Positions 9,355-19,560 are shown, numbered from the stretch's first letter. The stretch is DNA of 64,000 bases from Halarcobacter sp. (GCA_048571215.1 CP182352.1:288001-352000), one strand, 5' to 3'. Notes: generated by a model from the sequence alone, not told the origin. Translations and numbers: made by a program.

Positions 9355-9780
9355 TTACTCTTTATTTGATTTTCTTTTTTCTTTTTGTTTTTTTAAAATA
9401 TGCTCTTTATTTTTTCTATAGTACTCTTTTCTGTACTCTTTTAGTTCTTCTTTTCTTTTTTCTCTATACTCTTTATCATAAGCCAATCTTTTTTCTCTAT
9501 TTTTTTGATAATAAGATTGTTTTTTCTCTCTATATTCATTGATTTTTTGGATAATTTGATCTTTTCTATCATCAATGAATTCTTTTTGTTTCTTTGCAAT
9601 AATTTTTATATTTTTTGCAAAATTATCACTATCCAACTCTTTTGCATAGTCAATCTCTTTGTAGTTTTTGTATTTAGAACTTGACTCTTTTTCTTTACTT
9701 TTTAAGTAATATTCTCGTTTTTTCTTTTTATGTTTTTTAAAGTTCTCTTCACGTAACTTTTTAAGTTCTTCTAGATTCAT
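9355..9780 (-). CDS. Highly basic K/R/E/Y-rich hypothetical protein
   Basis: 141-aa ORF packed between flgG and the SPOR-like gene (gaps of 11 and 2 nt), with repeated YY.K..E motifs. Confidence 0.7.
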   Translation of the reverse strand: MNLEELKKLREENFKKHKKKKREYYLKSKEKESSSKYKNYKEIDYAKELDSDNFAKNIKIIAKKQKEFIDDRKDQIIQKINEYREKKQSYYQKNREKRLAYDKEYREKRKEELKEYRKEYYRKNKEHILKKQKEKRKSNKE

Positions 9781-9791
9781 AAAAGTATCAA

Positions 9792-10580
9792 TTAAGTTTT
9801 TAACCTATTTACTATTTGTAACATTGAATCGGAGGTTGTTATTGCTTTAGAATTTGCTTCATAAGCTCTTTGTGCAGTAATTAAATTAACCATTTCATCA
9901 ACAAGTTTTACATTAGAAAGTTCAATCATTCCTTGTCTTAAACTACCAAATTGTTCACTATCAGGATTACCAACTAATGGGTCACCTGAAGCTTCACTCG
10001 CTGAATATAGTGAATCACCAAGTGGAGTAAGCCCAGATGGGTTTATAAAGTCTGCAATTTGAATTTGACCTAAATTAACTTCAGTATTTGTTGTAGGATT
10101 AGTAGCTGTTACAGTTCCATCTAAAGCAATAGTCACATCTTTTACATTATCTGGAATTGTAATTTGAGGTTCCAATAAATAACCTTGTGCATTTACAATA
10201 TTACCTTCATTATCTAATTTAAAGCCACCATTTCTTGTATACGCTAATTCCCCATCTGGTTTAGTTATTTGAAAAAAACCATTACCCTCAATGGCAATAT
10301 CAAGTGTATTACTAGTAAGTTTTAAGTCACCTTCTAAAAAGTTTTTTTGTACACCAGAAACTTTTACCCCTAGTCCCACATCAATCCCTGTAGGATTAAC
10401 TGAAGTTTGTGAGGTTCTTCCAGCAGTAAAATTTAAAGATTCATACATCAAATCTTGGAACTCTGCTCTATCTTTTTTAAAACCTAGTGTATTAACGTTT
10501 GCAATATTATTTGATATAACATCAATTTGGTGTTGCATAGAATGCATACCAGTTGCAGCTGTATAAAGCCCTCTAATCAT
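9792..10580 (-). CDS. flgG: Flagellar distal rod protein FlgG
   Basis: MIRGLYTAATGM...SNNIANVNT.GFKK.RAEFQDL, DIAIEGNGFFQI, YTRNG and ELSNV...EMVNLITAQRAYEANSK motifs. Confidence 0.96.
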   Translation of the reverse strand: MIRGLYTAATGMHSMQHQIDVISNNIANVNTLGFKKDRAEFQDLMYESLNFTAGRTSQTSVNPTGIDVGLGVKVSGVQKNFLEGDLKLTSNTLDIAIEGNGFFQITKPDGELAYTRNGGFKLDNEGNIVNAQGYLLEPQITIPDNVKDVTIALDGTVTATNPTTNTEVNLGQIQIADFINPSGLTPLGDSLYSASEASGDPLVGNPDSEQFGSLRQGMIELSNVKLVDEMVNLITAQRAYEANSKAITTSDSMLQIVNRLKT

Positions 10581-10612
10581 AGTTTTATCCTCTGCTTTTT
10601 ATTTATTCCTAG

Positions 10613-10702
10613 ATTATATTTAAAGATATTTTAAAGTTTCATAAATTCAATTAGATTATTTTATTAATATTAAGTATATATTTAAAACAAATTCTATATA
10701 AT
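10613..10702. promoter_or_regulatory. Divergent sigma70-type -10 boxes for flgG (minus, 10613-10618) and cheY (plus, 10697-10702)
   Basis: TATAAT on each strand at plausible spacing from RBS and start; no sigma54 or sigma28 consensus seen. Confidence 0.5.
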
Positions 10703-10740
10703 AGAAAGATTTTGAATGAAGTTTTTATAAAGGGAACATA

Positions 10741-11109
10741 ATGAGAATATTAATAGTTGATGACAGCTCAACAATGAGAAGAATTATTGGTAATGTTGTT
10801 ATGCAATTAGGATTTTCTAAAGAGGATTTTGATGAAGCAGAAGATGGCGTTAAGGCATGGAAACAATTAGAAGATAAGCAATACGATATTGTTTTGACAG
10901 ATTGGAATATGCCTAATATGAATGGTTTGGATTTAGTTAAGAAAATTAGATCAGAAGGAAATCATAGAAAAATTCCTATTATCATGATTACTACTGAAGG
11001 TGGTAAAGGTGAGGTGATAACGGCATTGAAAGCTGGTGTTAACAACTATATTGTTAAACCATTTAATGCGCAGGTTTTAAAAGAGAAACTTGATGGGGTT
11101 TTAAAATAG
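10741..11109 (+). CDS. cheY: Chemotaxis response regulator CheY
   Basis: VDDSSTMRRI, TDWNMPNMNG, MITTEG and YIVKPF motifs. Confidence 0.95.
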   Translation: MRILIVDDSSTMRRIIGNVVMQLGFSKEDFDEAEDGVKAWKQLEDKQYDIVLTDWNMPNMNGLDLVKKIRSEGNHRKIPIIMITTEGGKGEVITALKAGVNNYIVKPFNAQVLKEKLDGVLK

Positions 11110-11139
11110 TAGGGTTTATTTGATAACAAAGGTTTAATT

Positions 11140-12324
11140 ATGAGTATGAGCCAAGAAGAAATTGAATCATTGATGAATGGTTTAGATTTTGGTAATGATG
11201 ATGCAGAAGAAGAGTCAACAGAAGATAACAAAGAGAATCAATCAAATGAGAAAATGTCTGAAGATGATATAAATGATTTGATTGCTCAAACTGAAGATAT
11301 AATTTCAGAAGAAAAAGAAGATGATTTAGATAAAAAAGTATCTGAAGATGATATTGAAGCGTTATTATCGCAAGCACAAGAGAATGATAATACAGATATT
11401 GAAACTAATAATACACAAGATAACGATGAATCTTTAAATGAATTATTAAATACTTTAGATGATGAAAAAAGTGATAATTCACAGAATGAAGAACAAGCTG
11501 AAGATGATATAGAAGATATATTAAATGAGCTGGAAAAAAACGATACAACAAAAAATGAAGAGGAATCTAAAGAGGATTCATCTGTATCAGATGAAAGTTT
11601 AGACGAACTTTTAGCATCAATTGATGGTATTGAGGATGATACGAAAGAACAAGATAAAGTTGTAAAAGAAGAAACTTCTGTAGAAGATGAAGTTAAAAAA
11701 GAAGTAAAAGAAGAACTCCCTAAAGAGATAAAATCTGAAAATGAGTATGATGAAAAGGATGATGGGATAGATGATAAAATAAGTAGAGGTCTTTTCCCAT
11801 TACCTGTTGATGATGATACAAAAGTTGTAAATCAATTAAGTATAGTTGCAAATGATTCAGAAGAAAAAGCAACCAAAATTTTTGATGTATTAAGTAATAT
11901 TTTAGACTACAATACAGAGATACAAAATGATGTACAAGCATTAGCAAGTTTCAATGAGAAACAACTTAATATGTTAACAAGTTTAAGTAATAAGTTTCCT
12001 AATATAAATGCTTTTAAACTAAACCTTGAACAATCACAATTGATGGATGCCCATATTCAAGATATAAACGATAAGTTAAACTCAGGAAACACAGAGATAT
12101 TCCAAGCAATGGAATTGATGCAGTATCATGATATAAATAGACAAAAAATAGAAAGAGTTATGTCTGTTATTAGAAAATTATCAACCTATTTAAATAATTT
12201 ATTTGAAGATTCAGGTTCCCATGATGAAGTTGCAATAGCTAAGCATATTCATGGTGATAAAGGTAGTAGTGATTTAATGGCAGATGATGATTTAGAGGCA
12301 TTAATTGCAGAATTTAATAAATAA
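11140..12324 (+). CDS. cheZ: CheZ-type CheY-P phosphatase (Campylobacterota type) with long acidic N-terminal extension
   Basis: MQYHDINRQKIERV (D-x3-Q catalytic motif); C-terminal DDDLEALIAEF peptide; adjacent to cheY. Confidence 0.85.
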   Translation: MSMSQEEIESLMNGLDFGNDDAEEESTEDNKENQSNEKMSEDDINDLIAQTEDIISEEKEDDLDKKVSEDDIEALLSQAQENDNTDIETNNTQDNDESLNELLNTLDDEKSDNSQNEEQAEDDIEDILNELEKNDTTKNEEESKEDSSVSDESLDELLASIDGIEDDTKEQDKVVKEETSVEDEVKKEVKEELPKEIKSENEYDEKDDGIDDKISRGLFPLPVDDDTKVVNQLSIVANDSEEKATKIFDVLSNILDYNTEIQNDVQALASFNEKQLNMLTSLSNKFPNINAFKLNLEQSQLMDAHIQDINDKLNSGNTEIFQAMELMQYHDINRQKIERVMSVIRKLSTYLNNLFEDSGSHDEVAIAKHIHGDKGSSDLMADDDLEALIAEFNK

Positions 12325-12333
12325 GGAGAACAA

Positions 12334-13059
12334 ATGAACCAAGGAACATATCCTTTAGCAGCAGCAATGGTAAATGAAATAAATAGAGTTGATGTTATTT
12401 CAAATAATTTAGCTAATGTAAATACAAATGGTTTTAAACAAGAAAGTTTAACCGAGGGTTCATTTAATCATTATTTAAAAAGAGCAGAACAAGAAGGTTT
12501 TGCCCCTTCTAAATTAAGTACAGTAATGAATACTGTACCAAAAATTGATGGAAAATTCTTAAATCAAGAAAAAGGTCCTATTGTTGCAACAGGTAACAGT
12601 TTAGATTTTGCATTAAAACAACGGGATACTTTTTTTAGAGTTCAAGACGATAGTGGAGAGGTTGTATATAGTAGAGATGGAGCTTTTAAACCTTTAAATG
12701 GTATGTTAGTTAATTCAAGTGGTCAATTTATTTTAAATAATGACAATGAAGCAATTAGCGTTGAAGATGAAGATTATATACAACAGATTTCTGTAGTACA
12801 AATTGATTATAATGATTTAGAAAAATATAAAGATAACAATTTTAAAGAGAAAGAAGCGGGAGCATTTGTTCAAAATATAGATGATAATAGTGGATATCTT
12901 ATACAAGGTTCAATAGAAAAATCTAATGTGAACACTGTTAGATCAATGGTTAATTTGATTGATGCTCATAGGGGCTTAGAAAGAGCCCAAAAGGGTATAA
13001 CTTCAATTGGTGAAATAAATGCAAAACTTATAGAAAAAATAGGGAGTAATACTAAATAA
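12334..13059 (+). CDS. flgF: Flagellar proximal rod protein FlgF
   Basis: SNNLANVNTNGFK, TGNSLDFAL, YSRDGAF and IEKSNVN motifs; 241 aa. Confidence 0.85.
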   Translation: MNQGTYPLAAAMVNEINRVDVISNNLANVNTNGFKQESLTEGSFNHYLKRAEQEGFAPSKLSTVMNTVPKIDGKFLNQEKGPIVATGNSLDFALKQRDTFFRVQDDSGEVVYSRDGAFKPLNGMLVNSSGQFILNNDNEAISVEDEDYIQQISVVQIDYNDLEKYKDNNFKEKEAGAFVQNIDDNSGYLIQGSIEKSNVNTVRSMVNLIDAHRGLERAQKGITSIGEINAKLIEKIGSNTK

Positions 13060-13463
13060 TGGAAGCAAGTAGTGTAACAAGTTTACTTTTTGATCAGCTA
13101 AGTTTTAGAAGTGACAGACAAAATGTTATTTCAAGTAATATCTCTAATATAAATACTCCAAATTATAAAACAAAAGATTTAGTATTTGAAAATGAGTTAA
13201 AAAAAGTTCAGAATAATGATTTAAAACTTTATACTACAAATGAAAATCATATAAAAGCTTCTGCAGATGTTCAAAAACCTTCAGAACCTAAAATAGTTGA
13301 TGTGGAAGGATTAACAGAACAAAATGATGGTAATAATGTAAATCTAGATACACAAATGAGTGAGATGGCAAAAAATAAAGTAATATTTGATGCAATACAA
13401 TCATCTATTACAAAAGATTCAAGACTTTTTAGATCTGTAATAGAATCATCAGCAAAAAATTAA
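13059..13463 (+). CDS. flgB: Flagellar rod protein FlgB
   Basis: RQNVISSNISNINTPNYKTKD and DGNNVNLDTQM motifs. Confidence 0.95.
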   Translation: MEASSVTSLLFDQLSFRSDRQNVISSNISNINTPNYKTKDLVFENELKKVQNNDLKLYTTNENHIKASADVQKPSEPKIVDVEGLTEQNDGNNVNLDTQMSEMAKNKVIFDAIQSSITKDSRLFRSVIESSAKN

Positions 13464-13478
13464 TTAGGTATATAATTT

Positions 13479-15221
13479 ATGGATCAACTGATAAAGTTTA
13501 TAAACAATTTAAATTCTGCACAAAGAGCTGTTATAGTTGGTGGATTTTCTTTGCTTTTTGTATTGCTAATTGGATTATTAGTATATTCAAATATAAAAGC
13601 ACAAGATCAAAAGTTAAATTATACAATTGCCTCTAATCTTACAAAAAATCAAGTGATGTTAGCTAGTAATGAACTTGAAGCTTCTGGGATTGAGTTTTCT
13701 GTAGTTGGAAGTGGTAATAACCTTACTTTAAAAACTTCAAAAGATTTTATTAATGTGGCAAAAATAAAACTTGTTACAAGTGAAGCTGCAACAAGTAAAC
13801 ATGTAGGTTGGGAAATATTTGAAAAATCTTCTTTAGGAACTACAAACTTTGAAAATAAAGTAAAGTATTTAAGAGCTTTAGAGGGTGAATTATCAAGATC
13901 ATTAGAGTCTTTGTCTGGGGTATTAAGAGCTAGTGTTAAAATTGCAATTCCAAAAGATACTATATTTACTGAGAAAAAATCACCACCCACGGCATCTGCT
14001 GTTATATCCTTAAAACCAGGAGTTTTTTTAACTCAACAACAAATAGATGGAATTAAAAACTTTATAGCTTCGGCTGTTAGTGATTTATCTAATGAAAATA
14101 TAAAACTTATAGACCAAGATGGTACTTTATTACAATTGTCCCAAGATGATATAGATAATCGAAAATCATTAACTCAAAATAAGTATAAAAATAAAATTGA
14201 AAAAGATTATGAAAAAAAGATTGTAGAACTTTTAGAACCAGTTGTTGGGAAAGGTAGAGTTGTAGCAAATGTTACAATGGAGCTAGATTTTAAAAAGATA
14301 CATACACAACAAGAGATTTATGACCCAGAAGGAACCATAAGAAGTCAACAAACTACTGAAAATACAAGTAAATCAAGTGGTGGTGGAAAAGGAACAGGTG
14401 GAACTGCAGGTGTTGAAAATAATATACAAACGCCAGATGGAGTAAATAGTAATAATGCAGTTGAATCAAACTCTGAAAGTGTAAAAAATATTACAAATTA
14501 TGAAATATCAAAAAAAATTATAGAGGAAAAAAACAATAACTATTCTTCTGTTAAAAGAGTTAGTGCAGCAGTAACTTTTGATTCATCTGTATTAGAAGGT
14601 GCACAAAATAGAGATGAGTTTATTGCATCTATAGAATCCCTAGTTAAAGATAGTATTGGTTTTGATGAAAAAAGGGGGGATAAAATATCTGTAAGAGCAT
14701 TTAAATTTGTTGGAGCACAAGCTTTAAATGCTACTGCTAAGGTTGACAAAAATGGAAACCCTGTTGCAAATGAGATGATAGAAGAGTCTGGTTCTGTTGA
14801 TACCTTTGCTATGATAAAATCAATATTAAGAGATTTTAGTGAATATTTTCAATATTTAATAGCAGCAATTTTGCTTTTTATCTTCTATAAAAAATTTATT
14901 GTAAACCATGAGGTTGTTGTTTTAGGAGATAAAACAGCAACAAAAAAAGTTGACAAAGATGGTAATCCAATTGATGATGAATTTATGGATGAGTTTATGT
15001 CAAATTATGAACATGAATTTGATGCCGGCACAGCCCAAGGTAGATTAAAAGCAAAAGTAAAAAGTCAAATAATGAATAATATTGAAGGCTTAGATGAGGA
15101 GAATGCAGCAAAGTATGAAGTACTTATTGAGGCATTGGATAAAGAGATAAATGAACACCCTGATGAAATAGCAAGAATGATAGAGCTATTGCTTAATGAG
15201 GGTAGTGGAAAATTTAAATAA
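13479..15221 (+). CDS. fliF: Flagellar MS-ring protein FliF
   Basis: Two TM helices; GWEIFE..SLGTTNFE, RALEGELSRSL, PTASAV and NYEISK motifs. Confidence 0.96.
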   Translation: MDQLIKFINNLNSAQRAVIVGGFSLLFVLLIGLLVYSNIKAQDQKLNYTIASNLTKNQVMLASNELEASGIEFSVVGSGNNLTLKTSKDFINVAKIKLVTSEAATSKHVGWEIFEKSSLGTTNFENKVKYLRALEGELSRSLESLSGVLRASVKIAIPKDTIFTEKKSPPTASAVISLKPGVFLTQQQIDGIKNFIASAVSDLSNENIKLIDQDGTLLQLSQDDIDNRKSLTQNKYKNKIEKDYEKKIVELLEPVVGKGRVVANVTMELDFKKIHTQQEIYDPEGTIRSQQTTENTSKSSGGGKGTGGTAGVENNIQTPDGVNSNNAVESNSESVKNITNYEISKKIIEEKNNNYSSVKRVSAAVTFDSSVLEGAQNRDEFIASIESLVKDSIGFDEKRGDKISVRAFKFVGAQALNATAKVDKNGNPVANEMIEESGSVDTFAMIKSILRDFSEYFQYLIAAILLFIFYKKFIVNHEVVVLGDKTATKKVDKDGNPIDDEFMDEFMSNYEHEFDAGTAQGRLKAKVKSQIMNNIEGLDEENAAKYEVLIEALDKEINEHPDEIARMIELLLNEGSGKFK

Positions 15222-15232
15222 TAAGGCTTATA

Positions 15233-16237
15233 GTGGATAGTACTAATGAATTATTAAAAGGTATGTCAATGATGGAAAAAATTTCCCTATTTTGTGTACT
15301 TATAGGGGAAGAAGCAACAGTTAAAATTTTCCAGCACTTACCTAAAAATATAGTTGAAGATATATCTACAAATATCACTTTAATAAACTCAATTGACAAA
15401 GAGACTTCTTTGGCTATACTAGAAGAGTTTCATCTATTTACAAGGTCAAAAGCTTTTATTAGTTCAGGTGGATATGATTATGCCAAAGATATTTTATATA
15501 AATCTTTAGGAAAAGCTGAGGCAGATGAGGTTTTAGCAAAACTTTCAAGAATGAAACTAGCTTCTCAATCATTTTCTTATTTGGATGCTATAAATTCAAA
15601 ACAATTAAGTGACTTTATTAGGGATGAGTCTCCACAAACTATTGCTGTTATATTATCCCATATGGAAGCTCCAAAAGCAGCAGAAGTATTAATGTTATTA
15701 GAAGAGGATGTAAAAGTAAAAGTTACTATGCAAATGGCAACTATAAAAGATGTATCTCCAGATGTAGTAAGAACTATCTCTTTGGTTTTGGAAAAAAAGC
15801 TAGAGTCTTTATTGTCATCTATTGTTGATGTAGGTGGGGTTAAAGTTGTTGCAGATATGTTAAATAGACTTGGACCAAAATCTCAAGATATTTTAAAAAA
15901 TATAAATGGAGTAGATACTTCATTAGCAACTAAGATAAAAGAGAATATGTTTGTATTTGAAGATTTATTAAAACTTGATTCTGAATATATTATGAAAATT
16001 TTACAAAATGTTGATACAGCTGATGTTGCAGTTGCCATGAAAAATGCAACAGATGAGGATATGAGTAAAATTACTTCAGCTATGTCTCAAAGAGCAAGTG
16101 ATAGATTTAAAGAAGAGTTTGAGTTATTAACAAAAGTTAAAATCAAAGATATTGAAGCAGCTCAAAGAAAAATGCTTGATGTAGCACAAAAAATGATAGA
16201 AGAGGGTGTTATTGATAGAGAAATGGATGAACAATAA
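15233..16237 (+). CDS. fliG: Flagellar motor switch protein FliG
   Basis: GGYDYAK, ESPQTIAVILS, GGVKVVADMLN and MFVFEDL motifs. Confidence 0.96.
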   Translation: MDSTNELLKGMSMMEKISLFCVLIGEEATVKIFQHLPKNIVEDISTNITLINSIDKETSLAILEEFHLFTRSKAFISSGGYDYAKDILYKSLGKAEADEVLAKLSRMKLASQSFSYLDAINSKQLSDFIRDESPQTIAVILSHMEAPKAAEVLMLLEEDVKVKVTMQMATIKDVSPDVVRTISLVLEKKLESLLSSIVDVGGVKVVADMLNRLGPKSQDILKNINGVDTSLATKIKENMFVFEDLLKLDSEYIMKILQNVDTADVAVAMKNATDEDMSKITSAMSQRASDRFKEEFELLTKVKIKDIEAAQRKMLDVAQKMIEEGVIDREMDEQ

Positions 16238-16893
16238 TGGATAAAAACAATGTATACTCAAATGCAAAAGTTATCTCTAAAAGTGATAATATACAAAATT
16301 ACCAATTAGGTACCTTTGCAGGAAATGAATTAAAAGAGGAAAATGGTCCCCCTGTTATAATTTCAGAAAATATTCCAAGCAATCACCTAGACCCTATAAT
16401 TAGCCAAATTACAAACTTATCAACTCAATTAAATACCCTTACACAAAAAATTGATCATATAGAAAATAATGGTGCAGTTACAAGGGATATAGATAAACAA
16501 GTTGTTCAAGCGATAAAAGATTTAAAACATTATGCTAACTTTTTTGAACAAGCAAGCTTTCAAATGGAAACAAAACTTCTAAAAACATCTATCTCTATTG
16601 CAAAAAAGATTATCTCAATAGAGGTTGGAGAAAACTCAACACTTATAGCAAAAGAGACAATTAAACACTTATTAGAAAAAATTAAAAGTGCTACAAGAGT
16701 TAAAATTCACCTTAATCCTAAAGATTATGAAATTTTAAAAGATGATTTAAGTTTTGATAAATTTATAGAATTAGTTGAAGATGCAAATGTTACAGCTGGT
16801 GGAGTTGTAATAGCTAGTGATTTAGGTAATTTTGATGGAAATATTGAGTCAAAAGTAAGTTCTATGTTAGAAACTTTAGATTCTTTAGCTTAA
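16237..16893 (+). CDS. fliH: Flagellar export ATPase regulator FliH
   Basis: IHLNPKD and GGVVI..DLGNFDG C-terminal motifs; follows fliG. Confidence 0.88.
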   Translation: MDKNNVYSNAKVISKSDNIQNYQLGTFAGNELKEENGPPVIISENIPSNHLDPIISQITNLSTQLNTLTQKIDHIENNGAVTRDIDKQVVQAIKDLKHYANFFEQASFQMETKLLKTSISIAKKIISIEVGENSTLIAKETIKHLLEKIKSATRVKIHLNPKDYEILKDDLSFDKFIELVEDANVTAGGVVIASDLGNFDGNIESKVSSMLETLDSLA

Positions 16894-16947
16894 ATTTTTG
16901 TAAAATAAAGCAAAAATACTCATCTAATTATAAAAAACCAATTTTTA

Positions 16948-16956
16948 TGTTATAAT
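16948..16956 (+). promoter_or_regulatory. Extended -10 sigma70 promoter upstream of fliN-flgD-flgE
   Basis: TGTTATAAT in the 85-nt gap after fliH. Confidence 0.6.
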
Positions 16957-16978
16957 AGTGTAATAAACAAAATAAAGT

Positions 16979-17275
16979 ATGAATAATATGGAAATTAGTG
17001 AAAGAGATTATGATTTATTAGTTGATACTCAAATTACTGTTGATGTGATGTTAGGAAGTGCAAATATCACTATAAAAGAGTTTTTGGAGTTGTGTGAAGG
17101 TGATATATTATCATTAGATAAAGTTGCTGGTTCAGGTGGTGATATCTATGTAAATAAAAGAATCATTGGAACAGGTGATATTATTGTAATCGATGACAAG
17201 TTAGCAGTTAGGGTTCAAGAAACAATGGATTCTGATAATGTAGTAAGATATTTCTTTGAAGAAAACTTAAGATAG
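16979..17275 (+). CDS. fliN: Flagellar motor switch protein FliN (SpoA domain)
   Basis: LLVDTQITVDVMLG...GDILSLDK...DIYVNKRIIGTGDIIVIDDKLAVRV. Confidence 0.85.
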   Translation: MNNMEISERDYDLLVDTQITVDVMLGSANITIKEFLELCEGDILSLDKVAGSGGDIYVNKRIIGTGDIIVIDDKLAVRVQETMDSDNVVRYFFEENLR

Positions 17276-17284
17276 GAGTCTAAT

Positions 17285-18049
17285 ATGGCAGCAGTAGATA
17301 ATGTAGGTGTAAATACAAAAACTGGAGTAGATGGAAATGCTTATACATCTTCAATTAGTAATGATTCATTAACTACAGAAGATTTTTTAAAGCTAATGAT
17401 TGAAGAGTTAAAGATGCAAGATCCAACTAAACCTATGGATTCTGAAAAAATGGTAGATACTCAAATGAAAATGTCTACTATTGAAACAAATTTACAATTA
17501 GCAAACTCTATGAAATCACTTGAGGGTGCTATTGCAAGTATGGCTTTATCCAATGCAGCAGATTTTATGGGTAAAAAAATTGATGCCTTAATTGATGTTC
17601 CTGTAAAAGGGGATGATGGTGAAAATTTAAAAGATCCTGAGGGTAATACAATAACAGAAAAAGTAAAAGCATCATTTTATGTTCATAGTGTTCAAATGAA
17701 TGATGGGGTACCACTTCTTGAAAGTACTGAACTGTTAGGTTTTAAAGATAGATTAGCTAGAACTAGTGATGGAAAAAATGTAAGTTATGACTTTGAAACT
17801 GGACAAATAAAAGAAGATGATGGTACTCTTACTGATTATTATGTTAAACTTAATGAATCAGGAATGTTTGAATTTGGTAGTGATAATAAGATTATAATAA
17901 CAGACAAAGATGGGAAAGTTGTTAAACCAACTTATTCACCTGAGGATTCTGATGAAACCTATCCTATGTTTGATTATTCTGGAACTGATGAAATCTATTC
18001 ACCAAATTCAACATTTGTTAAATATGAAGATATTGTTAAAATTTATTAG
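17285..18049 (+). CDS. flgD: Flagellar hook capping protein FlgD
   Basis: DFLKLMIEELKMQDPTKPMD motif. Confidence 0.93.
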   Translation: MAAVDNVGVNTKTGVDGNAYTSSISNDSLTTEDFLKLMIEELKMQDPTKPMDSEKMVDTQMKMSTIETNLQLANSMKSLEGAIASMALSNAADFMGKKIDALIDVPVKGDDGENLKDPEGNTITEKVKASFYVHSVQMNDGVPLLESTELLGFKDRLARTSDGKNVSYDFETGQIKEDDGTLTDYYVKLNESGMFEFGSDNKIIITDKDGKVVKPTYSPEDSDETYPMFDYSGTDEIYSPNSTFVKYEDIVKIY

Positions 18050-18065
18050 AAAATAGGATTTTATT

Positions 18066-19541
18066 ATGGTAAGTTCACTTTGGAATGGCGTAATGGGGAT
18101 GAATGTTCATAACCAAGCATTAAATATAGTTGCGAATAATTCAACTAATACAAATGTTTATGGATATAAACCAGATGAAGTAAACTTTTCTGACCTTTTA
18201 TATTCTGCTGATGGAACAGGTAGAGGTACTCAAATAAGTTCAATCCAAAAAAACTTTAAGCAAGGTGATATTACTGTAACAAATAACCCTTATGATGTTG
18301 CAATTGAAGGTAGTGGTTTTTTTGTTATGAGAGATACTACTTCAAATGAACTTTTTTATTCAAGAGCTGGTAACTTTCAAATGGGTAAAGATGGTTTATT
18401 AAAAACAGCAGATGGAGCAAAAAATGTATTAGGTTTACAGCCTGAAGATCCTATTGTTTTAAGTTCAGATCCAAATGTTGTTGAGTTTAATGATGATTAT
18501 GTGAAGTTTATAGCCTCTGAGTTTGTAAATAGTAGCACAAGTTTTTATGAATCAATTAATACCAGAGCAACTGATTATCAAAGCAGTGCAACTGATATTG
18601 GTGTTAGTGGAGCTGGATATAAATCTAAATCAACTTTACTAACAGATATTGATAAGCTTATAATTGATTATAGAGAAAAATTAAATGCTTATGCTTCTGA
18701 TGCAGAAGCTACCTCAAGTAATTCAACTACTCAAATTACACAATTGAATTTTGGTTCTGCAACTAATCTTTTAAATGATGAAAATGATGTAATAAAATTA
18801 ACAATTAATAATGTAGAGTATAAACAAAACTTTGATACTGATATTGATACTACACTTAAGAAATTTTCAGATCAAATATCTAATTCTGAGGGTTTAACTT
18901 CATCTATAGATTTGGCAACAGGAGTTTTAAGAATAGAAACACTAATCCCAGGACAAAGTGTAAAAGTTGGAGATGGTGTAATTAATAATAAAGCAGTATT
19001 TTCTTATACAGTGCAGGAACCAGTTATGGGTAGTGGACTGGGTATGGTTGAGAGTTCTAGAACTGCTTTAAGAAGTGCAATAGAATCAGCAGGAGCTGAG
19101 TTTTTAGAGATTAAAAATGATTTATCATTAACAAATCAACATAATTTAGATAATTTAGACAATATACAATTGAAACTAGAAAACATGAGCCTTTCAGAGA
19201 ATACTTTTGGTATAATTGGTATTGAGGAAAATGGATTGGTTTTTTTAACTGATGGGGATAATAAGTTTTTGGTTGGGAAGGTTCAAACAGTCGCATTTAG
19301 AGCTGAAGAAGAGTTGTCTCCAGTAGGAAGTAATCTTTTTAGTATGACTGAGGCTTCAGGAGAACCATATTTTGCCGCAGATATTAATAAAATTTTACAC
19401 CATTCATTGGAGTTAAGTAAGGCTGATCTAGGTGAGAATTTGGCAGTGATTTTAGGTCTTCAAAGGGCTTTTGAAGCAAATGCAAAATCTATTACTACCT
19501 CAGATGAGATATTAAAAATGACAATACAGCTTAAAACATAA
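18066..19541 (+). CDS. flgE: Flagellar hook protein FlgE paralogue 1 (491 aa)
   Basis: DVAIEGSGFF, YSRAGNF and LELSKADL...QRAFEANAKSITTSD motifs; follows flgD. Confidence 0.85.
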   Translation: MVSSLWNGVMGMNVHNQALNIVANNSTNTNVYGYKPDEVNFSDLLYSADGTGRGTQISSIQKNFKQGDITVTNNPYDVAIEGSGFFVMRDTTSNELFYSRAGNFQMGKDGLLKTADGAKNVLGLQPEDPIVLSSDPNVVEFNDDYVKFIASEFVNSSTSFYESINTRATDYQSSATDIGVSGAGYKSKSTLLTDIDKLIIDYREKLNAYASDAEATSSNSTTQITQLNFGSATNLLNDENDVIKLTINNVEYKQNFDTDIDTTLKKFSDQISNSEGLTSSIDLATGVLRIETLIPGQSVKVGDGVINNKAVFSYTVQEPVMGSGLGMVESSRTALRSAIESAGAEFLEIKNDLSLTNQHNLDNLDNIQLKLENMSLSENTFGIIGIEENGLVFLTDGDNKFLVGKVQTVAFRAEEELSPVGSNLFSMTEASGEPYFAADINKILHHSLELSKADLGENLAVILGLQRAFEANAKSITTSDEILKMTIQLKT

Positions 19542-19560
19542 GATTGTATTACATTAGAAG

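Noticed and set aside
14674..14679. G6 tract in fliF as a phase-variation site
   Set aside because: Too short compared with the G8 or longer tracts typical of Campylobacterota contingency loci, and the ORF is intact.
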